Of a stretch of 64,000 nucleotides of DNA, positions 1 through 17,934 are shown in pieces. The notes below the pieces were generated by a model that did no database searches, was not told the origin of the DNA, and saw nothing but the letters and a program-made list of their open reading frames with translations. Position numbers and translations under genes: made by a program. This DNA is from Chrysomallon squamiferum (Eukaryota > Animalia > Mollusca), in NCBI GenBank assembly GCA_012295275.1, contig CM022668.1, forward strand, positions 4,650,001 through 4,714,000, written 5' to 3'. Positions within the stretch are counted from its first letter, which is position 1; each line of letters begins with the position of its first letter.

Positions 1-668
1 AAACATCTTATTTATATGTGTATAATTGATAGGTGTCTATCTGTGACACTGTTTTTTCACAATAGCAAAGTTTAGAATATTAATGTTATATTATACTTGT
101 GTTTGTGATGTGTATTTATGTATATTTTTCTTTGTTTTATAATATTTATCTTATGCATGTGTATGTTGATAGCTGTCTGTCTCTGGGCACTTTCACAATT
201 TTAGAATACTAATCTTATCTTATACCTGTGTATGTAACCTGTGTTGTATGAGTTTTTTGTTTATCTTTTTTTAAAGAAAATTTATCTTATCAAATACAAT
301 GAAGATTTGTTTGATGGATGTTTGTAAGACTATAAAATAATGGGGGTTTTGTGGTTGTTGTGTTTTTTTAAATTTGAAAAGAAAATGTTCGCAACTGTAA
401 TCAACATACATTATTTTATTACACATACTAATTTTCTAAACAATTTTCTATCATGCTCAGTGGTTCATGACAGAATTACCTCCCTTATTTTTGTTTTTTT
501 AATAATTTTGCTTTATCTTTACTATTACAATTTATTTAGCAGTTTAATACCTTTTATAGTTTCATTCGTCAACACAGATAAGTTTGTGTGGGTCTGAATA
601 CACAATGGCTGCAATATTAACAAAATTATTTGGCTACTGATGTAATTTGGATGAAGCATATGTACAAA

Positions 669-820
669 CTGTTTGAAATTGTTGTTAAACTGTTCAAGAG
701 CTTTTTTACAGTTGATGAAAGGAAAACCAGTTTTCTTGTGAAGTTTGCTCTACAGGGATTTATCAACAGCAGTTGGCACTGTATGAACACTCAGCTGCAG
801 CAATCGTAACATCTTCAATT
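669..820 (-). pseudogene. TSFM: Degenerate duplicate of the first coding exon of mitochondrial EF-Ts (TSFM); part of a ~0.93 kb duplicated block (1..~930, homologous to ~20535..21420)
   Basis: 812..669 translates as MLRLLQLSVHTVPTAVDKSL*SKLHKKTGFPFINCKKALEQFNNNFKQ, versus MLRLLQLSVRTMSTAVDKSVLSKLRKKTGFPFINCKKALEQFDNDFKQ at 21303..21160. In-frame TAG at 752..750. One G is lost at the CAG|GT donor. Flanking intron sequence is also homologous. Confidence 0.9.
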
Positions 821-1147
821 CTGTAAAAACTATTATCAAACAATAATAACAGTGGTAGTAATGCAGTTATTACTAACATACATACATATAATGACACACA
901 CACAGTGACACAGATAGATTGATACAGCAAAACAGGAAATCTCATTTTTTTCACCTTCTAATTTAAATTTCCTTTTTTTATCTTTATATTTTAATATTTT
1001 AATGCATATATATCTTAAATTATATTTAAAATTTACAGAATTATATTTTAACTTAAATTTATGTTTTATACAATTGCATTCTAATTTAAATTTCTTCAGA
1101 CACATTTTAATTTAAATTTTCATTTGATTTATTCAACTTTAATTTAC

Positions 1148-1272
1148 GTATATTTCCAGCACTTTGATAACCTTCTGGATGGATGGTTCAAGTCTTCAAA
1201 TTAGATATTTGTGAACAGCATCGCTGGATAGTTTCATCTCAGGTCTGTCAAAGGAGGCCATTGTTTACCTCT
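1148..1272 (-). pseudogene. STX17: Pseudogenised 5' coding fragment of a syntaxin-17-like gene
   Basis: Poly-T plus CAG acceptor at 1275..1273. ATG at 1261 reads MASFDRPEMKLSSDAVHKYLI*RLEPSIQKVIKVLEIY, resembling the STX17 N-terminal motif RRLEPAIQKFIK (recalled, not searched). TGA at 1198..1196 probably derives from CGA. Similarity ends abruptly. Confidence 0.65.
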
Positions 1273-1360
1273 CTGAAAAAAAAAAATTTCAAAATGAACA
1301 TATGAATTATATATTGCTGGTTTAGATCTAGGTATGTATTGATTATTAAAGTTCAATGGT

Positions 1361-1413
<53 letters not shown>

Positions 1414-2471
1414 GAAAGTGTTACTTTCTACTAACAAAGTTACGTTAGAAGAAAAATTGATAAACGATTTAATTTCCCCCCCACTTTAAAATCTTAAAAT
1501 AAATTGGCAGTCAATATTTAAAAAAAAAAAAGGTTAATGTACGTGGCTCATAAAAATTATTTTGTTAATATCATATGGAATTAATTTAAATAAATAAATT
1601 AATAAATAATATAAAAATTTATCATCATTTTCGTCAAATTAATCATTTAATGTGCAAGTTGGACCACGGACATCGAAATCTAAACATTTTTAACACTTTA
1701 CAAATCATTTAATTTGAAGACGACCAAAAATTATAAACGTACGCAATAACGTATAATTTCAGGATCAGATTATCCTAATTTAGTGGACTTTACGAGTTTG
1801 GTAATCGTAAAAGGACTGACTTGAAGCAGAAACGAAAGTACTTAAATACATCAGTAGCCATGTTTATTTCTTTGATTCAATCTCCTCTCTACAATTCAGC
1901 GCACCAAATTGTGTTGCTTTATCTCAAAATAAATTTAGTATATTCATTTTATTTAAAATGGAGTATATACCATTGTTTGAACAGAAAAAGAAAGAAAGTA
2001 GTATGCTGATATCAGTGAAATTAATTTTTTTACATTGAACGTAAACAATAAATACAATTTTTAAATATCATTATGATTATCAATGTTAGTCGTTACACTT
2101 CGTAATGGTAATTTTGTTTTGTTTGTTTTGTTTCTTTTTCTTATTAAAAAAATAAATAAATGAAAAATAAAATAAAAATTCATTGCAATTATGTAAGAAA
2201 TAGAAGATAAAACTTAAAATTAATTAAAGGAACAAAATTGATGGGAATTATTGAAACAATTTTACATAATCGTTGTAACGCGGTACGATAATAACTTAGT
2301 CGTAATAAAGCATTTTTGACGATTAAGTTTATTCTAAGATCAAACATTTTCCATTTATTAGAATGCTATGAGAAACTCGCAAAATTTGTATCAAAAGTTT
2401 TTATGATTTCAAACAAGACCTATATTATTTTACGACAATCCGCAAATATTGTTTACAGCAACAAATTTCCA

Positions 2472-2526
2472 ATGTTTTTCCAGCCATTCAATCTTTGTGT
2501 TCGCGTAGCTGTTAGGTCTCGTCCTG
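2472..2526 (+). CDS. GUK1: Probable upstream coding exon of guanylate kinase encoding a mitochondrial-type presequence
   Basis: ATG at 2472 reads MFFQPFNLCVRVAVRSRP-G, then donor GTGGGT (phase 1). It joins in frame to the acceptor at 7929 ([16 protein letters not shown]...) with no stop. It lies in a CpG-rich promoter-like region. Confidence 0.55.
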
Positions 2527-2835
2527 GTGGGTATTTCAAATTATTTAAGTTAAATGTTCTTTTAGTTGTTTTACCTCCGCAGCTAGGAAAGCAATATTAA
2601 GTAGACATTATTTAGCAATCCAATCGAGGTTGGTGACGTAGCACAAACATCGGAGAATGCCTTGACCAGTTGATCGTAAAGTTAAGTGACCCAAACTGGA
2701 TCTGAACTCAACACTACTGAGTACTATATTTAACTGCTAACTGTAAAACTATGCACAGATGCAGAAAACATGGATTCTACTGATATATCTATATCTATAT
2801 CTATCTATTTATTTATTTATCTGTATCTATCGACC

Positions 2836-2889
<54 letters not shown>

Positions 2890-2955
2890 CACAGTCGTAA
2901 ACTATCACAATAACTATCAATTAATCATATTCATTTATACATTTATTTATTTATT

Positions 2956-3005
<50 letters not shown>

Positions 3006-3129
3006 AGAAGTCCAGAAAATAAGCTTCTTAATTTTATTTTTATTTAATGTTTGCAAAATTTCTTTGTCATTGCAGGATTTTCTTGTTTCAATTTTTCTAC
3101 TTCTTCTTCCTTTCTTTCTTTCTTTCATT

Positions 3130-3163
<34 letters not shown>

Positions 3164-3297
3164 TAAAAAAAAAAAAAAAAAAAAAATATTTAGAACTGGT
3201 CAAGTCACTATTTTTGCCATGAAATATTTTAGGAATTTAGAACTGCAGGTTTTTTGTTTTCTGTGTTTTATTGTATTCTTAATATATACAGTGTGTG

Positions 3298-3364
<67 letters not shown>

Positions 3365-4809
3365 GGAGCTAAAGAATAAGTTGTATTTGAATTTTAATAT
3401 AAGGGTAGAAGATAATATAGTTATCTAAGTAATCTATAAAGCATACATGTGGTGAGTACTGTAAATGGGACAATGTATATGAGGACAGCAAATAAAATTA
3501 AAGTTTGATGTATGTAGAATATATTTAGACAGTTTCTTGTTATCAACAGAGATACACTATAAATTCATGTTGACATGTTGTCAGTACTATAAATAGTATA
3601 TGTATAAATAGGTATGCACAGTTAAAAACAACTTTTTAAGTTTACAGAGAGTTCCTAGATGTCATGTTAAGACATTTAAAAAAATACCAAAAATTAACTT
3701 AAGATTTTAAAATAGTTTGGACATTTGATTGGTCTTAAAGTTCTAACATTGTGTTATTTTTTAACTGCACTGGTTGTCAGATTTATTCACATACGCTTCC
3801 TTTATTAGCAAAGGATATTTTTAATGTGCACACACTCACAAACAGTAGACCACATATCACTTCCTGTAATACCCAGTGCTGCTGTGTGGCTTTGATGAGA
3901 GGTACTTCATGGGGATTGATCACAAGACCTCTTGTGCCTCAAGAGATTTAATTAAAAAATATTGAAGTATTCCCCATTGTTTTTTAAGTGGATGTTCCCA
4001 CAGACCAGACAATTCTGAAATAACAAAAATACAATCATTGAATATAGCCAGCCAGACAGAAAAGATGAAAATAATTTCCATTATGATTATTTATTTATTT
4101 TTATTTGTAATTAAATGAGTCTTAAATTATGATTGTACAGATGAAATAACAAAAAAAAGTTACTTTGTTAACTAAAAAATCTACTATAATAAATATAATC
4201 TTTTGAATCTATGTAATTTCTGTTATGGTTAAGTAATTCCTGTTATGATTAAGTAATTTTTGTTGTTAATTAATTAAGTCAAAGTTGTTGAGGTATCATT
4301 CAGAGTAACACTAGTAACTAATTTAATTAACTAAAGTGTTTATAAAATATAACAGTCACACATTTGTGAAAGAATTGTCTCTTCTGATGTCATCTTGTTA
4401 TTGCCAGTGTTTCTGTTTTTCAGTAACAAATATTTTGTTTAACATTAAAATCTGTAAGATTTATAATTCACTTACATTGTTTTCATGCAGGTTTTTTTAT
4501 TTATAAATCTAATTTTCAGCTATGGGAGTTTTGCATGACATTAAAATCTACAAGATTTATAATTCAGTAATAAACTGCATTGTTTTTGTAAAAATATATT
4601 TATTTATATACCTAATATTCAGCCATCGATATTTTACCTGTTTAATTCAAAAGTAAATTATGTGGTTTTTGTACAAATATTTTTATTTATAGATTTTAAG
4701 TAAATGCAGCTCTTACTTAATGAACAAACATACTGATTATAATTATGAATACAAATTTAAGAAAATGTTTGTATAAAATGATTAACATTTTCTAAAATAA
4801 AATAAAATT

Positions 4810-5280
4810 AGGCAAAGGGTTAAGAAATAAATGTTTATAATGAAAAATGAAAGCATCAGCTGATAAGAATTTTGGATGAAAACAAAAAGTAGCTGGTAAA
4901 GGATTAACAAATATGTAATTTTAACAATAAGTATTTCTAATGGTAAAAGGTTAAATACATACTTCTAATAAAGCAGGCAAAGGGTTAACAGTACAGCACA
5001 GTGTATTTCTTTTAAAAGAAAGATAGATTGTGGGAGAGGGTTAAAAAAAAAATAATAGTAATTTCTAATGAAACTTGAAAATGATGGCCGATAAAGGGTT
5101 GACTAAAAAATAAGTAATTGTAATAAAACAAAGGGAGCTGTTGGAAGTGGGTTAAAAAAGTAATATTTCTCCTGAAATACAAACATGTAACTGACAAAGG
5201 GTTAACAAAGAATGATTTCTAACGACACGTGATAACAGCAGCTGATAAAGAGTTAAAAAATAAGTAGCTGTAATGAAAGT
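4810..5280. repeat. Degenerate ~55-bp tandem repeat with an AAAGGGTTAA core
   Basis: Recurrent 'gctgataaagggttaa...atttctaatgaaa' units, about 8-9 copies. Confidence 0.6.
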
Positions 5281-6768
5281 AATTTAACTTATTTCTGCAA
5301 TGAGCTGTTAATGCGCCTGGTATGATGGTAAATCAATATTAATTTACTCGTTTTTGTTTTGATTTTTTTTCTTTTCTAATTATCTTTATCCTTGATAAAG
5401 ACTAATCTAAATGGGACGGAAATGTACATGTATATTTAATGAAACTTAATATATATTAATGGAAATGGGTGTTTTCATGTCTTCAGTAGATAGAATCCAT
5501 ATATATATATATATATATATATATAAGAAACCAACAACTTTCAGTAAATAGTAACTTAAAACAAGATATAAAAAGAATGAAATAAAACATTTCAGATAGT
5601 GTTATATGTGTTGTGGAATACACTTTGAGACATTACTGTAAAACCTTATCTGGTCAGGCAGTGGTTTGTTAAAAATACAGATTTATTAAAGATACAGGTT
5701 TATACTTTCTGTTTATGAGAAGGTGTACACAAAAACTCCTTACTGCTAAGTAACAAGAATGCTGTAGCCTCTAGAATAGTGCTCTTTTTTGTGTTTTTAC
5801 AAAAACAACATTTTATTTTAATACTGTTTACCCTCAGTTTGATGGAAAGCCAAACAAAATCTGGATAATCACAAAATGTTGACTTACTGCCATGTCCAAA
5901 CTTCAAACCTTACCTCAAAAGTTATTCTGAAACCCAAATATATGATAACAGCAACCTTCTCTCAACCCATTTCCCTGAAGTAAGAGTAAATGTTACACTT
6001 GCACCCACAACCATCATAACTTGAAAAGCCTTACCCAACCCAGTCTACATTTTTCTACTATATATTTTTCTTTACACACAGTGTATGGCATTTGTTTACA
6101 TTGTTTTTTGTGTCTTTATACTGTTCTTATATTATTGTATTACTCTTATTATATAGCTGTTATGTGTACTAACATTTAATGTTTTTGTAAATTTTAGGGT
6201 TAATGTTTACATTCGTGATTTGCTAGACTTTTCCATTTCCGGACAAGTGCTCCCCTTGATAGTCCATGAAATCAAGGGTCAACTATATAAAGGTTTAAAA
6301 TAACAAACTGAAGAAGAGATTCCTATTTTCTCTTTTATAAATCTTTTACTGGGTAGAAAATAAACATTTGTGTCCCAAGATCAGTCTTCCATTTGCCCTT
6401 TTGGCTGCTCCCTTTCCACATGATAAATATTTCAGCCAAATATACATAAGATTTTACACCCTCATACACAGAGGTGTGAACAAATATGCATCAGACACTC
6501 ACATTCATACATACATACATACATACATACATACAGACATACAGACATACCTATATACACATGCATACATACAGACATTTAGGTTACCTGTCAGGTAAAA
6601 TATAGTATGTCATAAAGTACATTATTATCACAATCTAGGCATCAGCTGGCGAAGGGTTAATCTAATTTAGCTCAGTGATGCAGTGAAACAGTGAGACTGC
6701 TGTTTTCTTGTTAAGCTTTAAATCAATATCCCAGAATCAAAAACATTTCAAAACCCACATCCAAACAC

Positions 6769-6814
6769 GACGTCACAGAGGGCTGTTAATTTGATATTGT
6801 GTTTCTATGGCAAC
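6769..6814 (+). promoter_or_regulatory. RFX X-box (GTTTCTATGGCAAC, 6801..6814) with an adjacent CRE-like GACGTCA; candidate alternative GUK promoter
   Basis: Close match to the RFX consensus GTTNCCATGGNAAC. Donor-like sites follow at ~6859 and ~6955. Confidence 0.45.
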
Positions 6815-7960
6815 AGATCGCTGTCATTATAAAATCTATTTGTTAAGAGAAGTGTACAGGTATTTGTGCTCCAAACAGCACTGTTGTACGTGATATAATT
6901 GAGTTCTATCGGAAAAGTGAGAATACTCGGCAGTGATTGTTTGAGACAGACCAGGTGAAGTAGCACATTTCTGCTTCTGTTTGTTTTGTTTTGTATTTTA
7001 CTATTCAGTACTTGTTATTTTAATTTTTTTTTTTTTTTTTAGTTTTATATTGTATATTGTTTTTATTTTATATTTCGTTTTAACTGTATTTTTCTTTGAT
7101 GCGTGTATTTGTGTTGTATTAATTTTATATTGTTTTAAGTTTTACTGTCTTTATCTTTGTTTTTATTTATATTGTATTTATTTTTATTTTGTTTTAATCT
7201 TTATTGTATTACTTTATGGTATATTTATTTTTGTATTTTAGTTTTATTACATTTATATATATATATTTTTTATTTATTTATGCATTATTTGTACATATAC
7301 ACACAAACACACACAATGCACAGACATATGATATATAATCCAATATCTTTAAGTACAGAAAAACAATCTGTAATAACTTATGTATGTATGTATGCATATA
7401 TGCATGTTACCCTGATTGTGATCAGATTGGCAGTTATTTTATAATGACAAATGTCTTTTATATTTCTTTATCTAATTACTAATATATAATAATAAAGGTT
7501 GCTAAAGTATAGGTATATCGTAAAATTTGATATTATGGATGAACGATTTCATTATAGTGTTTTGTTTGGAAACGTTCATTCTAATTAAACTTTCTGTGGG
7601 AACTGTGTTACTTGTTAAATATTTATCTGACATACAGAATAGAAAATGGTTTTTATTTAATTTTGTAATACATCTGATGAATTCATGAAAAGTTTTTAAG
7701 CAATTTTTTACTCAATATATTACGGATGAATGATTCACAATAGCGCCTTGTTTTGTATGGCATTTAAACGTGTTAAACAAAGAAACTAACAGATTTGTTA
7801 GTTATGAAAAAAACAACCATACAAATATTTAGTGTTGCAGCATTTGTTTGTTTTCAAATGTTCAAGAGAATTTTAAATTCTTCGTGACTAAAAGAATATT
7901 ATTAATGTTTTTGACATTTTTTTTCCAGTGTCTTGTATATGTTGTTTGTATTGGAGAGCC

Positions 7961-12459
<4,499 letters not shown>

Positions 12460-13340
12460 TCTGACACAACTACTAGCAGTTATTTTATTATAGAAATATT
12501 TACAAAATAGAACTTGAATGACAGTTTGTTTTACTTATATATATATATATATTAGCAATGTGGGTAAATTAATACACAAGGTAAACAGAAAATGCACTGA
12601 AACTTAAGGAAGTTTAGAACTAAAATTATCAAAGATCTGCAGGTGTCGGGGTAGTGTGTTTCACTAGAACATTACAGAGAGTTGCATGTGTAATGTTAAA
12701 CAGGACTGTTTTCACATCTTTTGTTAAAGATTAAGACCTGTTTTATCAAATGTCTTAACCAGATGGGATGTTTTCTGTCTTGTATTTGTTTATATATAAT
12801 ACATATACACAGCCTGGAGATTGCTTTGGAATTGGATATAATGGCTAGGTTTGTTCTAACTAATGTGCTGTTTACAAGTATTATCATATTTGGAACAGAA
12901 ACAGAATAATATTTTCTCTGCTCTGAGTTACAGAAATTGTTTTGATCAGTAAGGAAAGTTAACTAACACAATATGCAATTATTGGTGTTCCTTCATTTTC
13001 ATGTAGTATGATCCATAAAACTCTACACATGTAAATCATCTACACCTTTGAAAAGTGTAGATGGATATTTGTAAAATTTTGGAATAGATGTATTTTCTTA
13101 CAGCCATAAGCATACAGAACATTGTATGTGGGGGGGGGTGCTATATAAATGCATATTGTTATTATTATATTATCGTTATTGTTTATTTCTATTATTATTA
13201 TTATTATTATTGATGATATTATTATTATTATTAATGTTATTAACATTATCATCATCATCATTTTTATTATTATTATCATCATTATTCTCATTATTATTAT
13301 TAGTATCTTTATTATTTTTATTATTATTATTGTTACCATT

Positions 13341-13390
<50 letters not shown>

Positions 13391-13398
13391 TATCATCA

Positions 13399-13432
<34 letters not shown>

Positions 13433-14986
13433 CTTTATAATTTTTTTATTATTATTATTATTATTATTAAATAACTTTATAAGATCTTGCTTGTTTCAGT
13501 GCATTTCTGCCAGAATCTCAGCAGACTTTTACACCCAATTTTCCTCATTACTAGTCTTCCCTGTGTTGGAGTAACTAGGTTGCTTTTTGTGTTTTTTTTA
13601 ATTCCCACCATCTGAATGGGTAACATGTCTGCCTGTCGTCAAACTCAGCAATTATCAATCATGCAAGTGTCCTCATTGAAATGTTCATTCTAATGAAACT
13701 TTCTGTGGGAGCTACAGTAGTTGTTAAATATACATCTGACAGTTTGGATAGAAAATGTTTTTTTTATTGTGTTTTGTTGTCTTTGTTATCTTTTTCATTT
13801 TATTTATGAAGGGCAGCATACAGCTGATGAATTTTGTAAGATTTTTTTAAGCAATTCTTTTCATCACAAATCATATCAAAAAAAAAATCTTTTTGTTTTT
13901 CTTTCTTTTTTAATATACCATCAGATTTAAGTCTTATAAGTGCTAATACTAATAATAAAACCCATTTGTTTTTAAATGGAGACAGGAGTAACTGGGTGCA
14001 AAAGTTTACTCAAATAGAATATTTTTGAAATTTCTTCCTTATTAATTTTTCTTTTATTTCAATATTTTTATGGTTTCTGTTCCAAATGTTGTTTATTAAT
14101 TGCTTAATGTATTGAATATTTTAACTAACAACTTATTCCTTATACCTTTTTTTATTGATTTATTTCAGTAGTACCTTTTATTATTCATTCTTTTTTTTTC
14201 TTTTCAAATGTTAGAGAACTTCCAAAGGGAGGCAACTCACTGTAATATAAAATTAGCCTTTAATTAAAAGAAATATGAGGTGAAGGATATTAGCATTTTA
14301 AAAATGTAATAAAAATATTTGATAGATGAATTAAGAAAAAAGAAAGTTAGTTGTAATTATTAATATGAATTATAAAACTAAAATATTTTTAGTTCTTATT
14401 TTATGTGGTATTTTAAAAATATTTGGTTTACAATTTTAATCTCTTTGGTATATATTTAAAGCCTTGCAAAACTTTAAATATTCAAGTGGAAAAAAAAAAA
14501 AATATATATATATATAAAAAGTTAGAAAAGAAAACAAGGATCTCAGATTTTAAAATTATATTTGTTATATACATATTTTTAGTTTGACAATCTGTTACTC
14601 ATTATTTAAACATCAGCCATTTGTAATTACGCTGATAATAATACAAAAAACACAGTTCAGAGGATATTTATATCATCTTTCTAATTTTCTTTTACTGAGT
14701 TGAACATACCTTCATGAACTGTGTCTGTTATACTTGATCGTTCTCCAAGATATTCAAAATTTGAAATTCAATTCAATTTGAACACTTTTGAATATTTAAT
14801 TTGATCAGACATTTGAGATTTGTAGGGCCCTGGATATATTATTATTAATGTTATGTTTATTAGTGGTAGTAGTATTGTATTTTTTATTATTAATTTTATT
14901 TTGTTACTGGTCGTATTTATCTTCCATTTGTTGTTAAAATGTTAAAAATTTGTTATATATTCAAACAGTGCATCAAAAACTAAAAC

Positions 14987-15022
<36 letters not shown>

Positions 15023-15906
15023 CAGTAATGATAATAAAAATAATTATAATAATGATAATGATAATAGAAATAATAATAATAATAACTAATAAAAATAATT
15101 ATAATAAAGATAATAAAAATTAATAATAGTAATAAATTAAAATAATAATAATTGTTTATAAACATAAATTTGTATAATATACATAAAGCCATGCACATTT
15201 TCTGGAAAAGATCTGAAATTTTACTTGATCTCTCTCTCTCTCTCTCTCTCCTTTACTTCTTTACGAGCAGATCAGATCACATAAAATTGCCTCAGACAGT
15301 TGTTGAATCAATCTTTAGTTTTAAAAACTACAAAATAATATTGCAAACATTTATCAGGTATCAGATTTTTGCATTTATTTAATGTCAGAAATATCATTTT
15401 GTTGGTACTTTCATCATCTTTTTGTTGTGCATATCCATGAGTACAGTCACATGTATGTGTGTGTGTGTGCATGTCCATATATGTGTAGTCTCATTACTAA
15501 GGGCAAATATTGACTGTTTGTGGGAAATCTAATAGTTTTTATGTTACCTTTTTATTTTCCTGTTAACACAAATTTGAGAATTTTATAAAATGATTTTTGC
15601 ACTGAGCATTTTACCTTGTGACATATGACTGAATGATAGGATGGAATAACTAAATGCAGTTGTTTAAGTCATAAATCACCAGATATTATAGGATTTTTAA
15701 TGTGTTTAATCTGTCTCAAATTTTCAGTCAGTCAGTATACTGTCAAATGTTTTTATTTTTAAAACTTTGTTCATTATTTATTATTGGTATATTGTTTATA
15801 AGCAATTTCTTTTATTATTTGTCCTATTTTATGGTTATTATTATTTAGTCCTATTATTTTTAGTACTAGTATTAGTGCTAATATTACTGTCATTATTATT
15901 TAGTGC

Positions 15907-15937
<31 letters not shown>

Positions 15938-17272
15938 TTATTACTGGAAAAAATAAAATTTCAATCAGTCAATTTCAAGGAAAATATATTTTTTTTTTTT
16001 ATTTTTTAATTTTTAAAATAATCTTTACCAGTGTTTTTGTTTACATATATCTAATTAGTTTTTTCAAAAAACAAAAAGAAAAGAATGCCATCCACACAAG
16101 AATTTTTATTTTATTAATAGTAAATTTATAAATTTACAAAACATTATAATTTCTTGTGTTTTGATAAAAAGCTACATGTTATTAAAACAATTTTGCTGTG
16201 GATTTAACCTTTTACAGGTTAATTATTTTTGTAGACTTATTTTTCAAATGTCTTTGGTTTTATTTTGTTTTTATTGGTATTTTAATCATAACAGAAGATA
16301 TAACAACTAATCTGTGATGTAGTTTGGGATATGATGTGTAGTGTTTGTGTCTGGAAAATACATTTTGGTTAAATTATACATTGTGAAATACATTCTCTAC
16401 ATTCTGTGTATGTGTAACACAATAGGCTACTCAGACTTAAAATACAAAGGAGGAAATTAAAGGAAGAAACAGATAAAGGAATAATATGGTTTTCAGAGAA
16501 TACACAGCACTTACATTTTATCATGTATAAAATTATTTATTATTTTTAGTGATGTATAGTCTAATTAATACTAAAATATTTGGCATTAAAATTTTGTTTT
16601 CATATTTTGTTTGTTATTAATTTACATTGTTTAATGCATATATGTACATGCCAAGATCTAATGCATTATAGGATAGATAGCATTTGTTTTAATAATGATA
16701 CCTATTATTATAATTTTTGTCCTCCAAGATTTTTTAAAAGTAATTTTTTTTACTTTTGCATATATCCACATGACCCCACAGTCTCTCTCTCTCTCAAAAC
16801 AAAAACTAATAATCATCTAAAAGAAAGATGCTTTATTTAAGCTAAATACAAATTTTTATAACATCTTTGCACACAATTTTAGTAAATCTCTTATCATCAC
16901 CAGTATGATAAAATACTAAAGATTTCTTAAACTGTCAATCAAACCAGTAACCCCTCCCACTCATGTTCTGTAAACAAGAAAATGTTACCTCCACAATGAA
17001 GAAAGTTTTATTAACTTTTATCATTGTTTTGTTTTTGACTTAATAGACTTCAACAAAGTTTTATCCACAACTTGGTGGCTATGTAGAATCTTCCTGACTG
17101 CTTGTAATGAAAGCAAAAAAATGTCTGTCAAAAATAAGCTCCTCCCAAATATTAATCTTAACACTGTCAGTCATCTTTATGATGACCCACCCTATTTTAA
17201 TAAATTAACTGTTTGTTCTGCAGATCACAATTAAGTATGACCTGACTGCACAATTTTCCTTAGATTTTGTTT

Positions 17273-17316
<44 letters not shown>

Positions 17317-17934
17317 TAATAATAATAATAATATCATTCATTTATTATTATTATTATTAAAAACAATTTTTAAATGTATTTCTTGAACATCTGATAGTAT
17401 GAAGTGATTTAAATAACAAGAAAAGCATCAAAATGTAAATGTTATATATAAAATTTTTAAAATCATTTCATAACTATTTTATACATTTCAAAGTATATAA
17501 AAAGATATTTCTCATAATCTGTAGGAAAAATCTGAGAAATAAAAATGACACCAGTAAAAATGTTATAAAAATATTTATCTCCCTTTGCAGCCTTCTTCAT
17601 GTTTAGACTACTCGGGCCCTTTTAGAAATGTTTTAAAATTTCCAGCTGCAAAGATGCAGTTTCAGACCAAATCATTTACATTATTCAGAAACCTTACTAT
17701 TGCAATAACAAATAATATCTAGATTTCAGTTACTTGATTCAAAAGAATATTTAATTTCTTTTCTTTGAAATTTTATTGATTGTTCTTTTTAAAAATCAAT
17801 TTTAAGTGAAAAAGTTTACAAGTGTTTCTTCACTTCATACCTAAAATACATATATATATTTATAGTTCTTTATATGTTTTTTTTTCATTGAATGACAGTA
17901 CAAACAGATGAACAGACAACTAAGAGATTCTTTT

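Noticed and set aside
1196-1198. In-frame TGA in the STX17-like exon as possible selenocysteine or readthrough
   Set aside because: It aligns to a conserved Arg, so CGA>TGA deamination is likely. The fragment is truncated and no SECIS is evident.
13040-13574. Poly-I/L/M ORFs here, and similar ORFs at 37.9, 40.9, 42.9 and 52.9 kb
   Set aside because: Translations of (ATT), (CAT), (TAG), (CT) and (TATG) microsatellites, with no coding signal.
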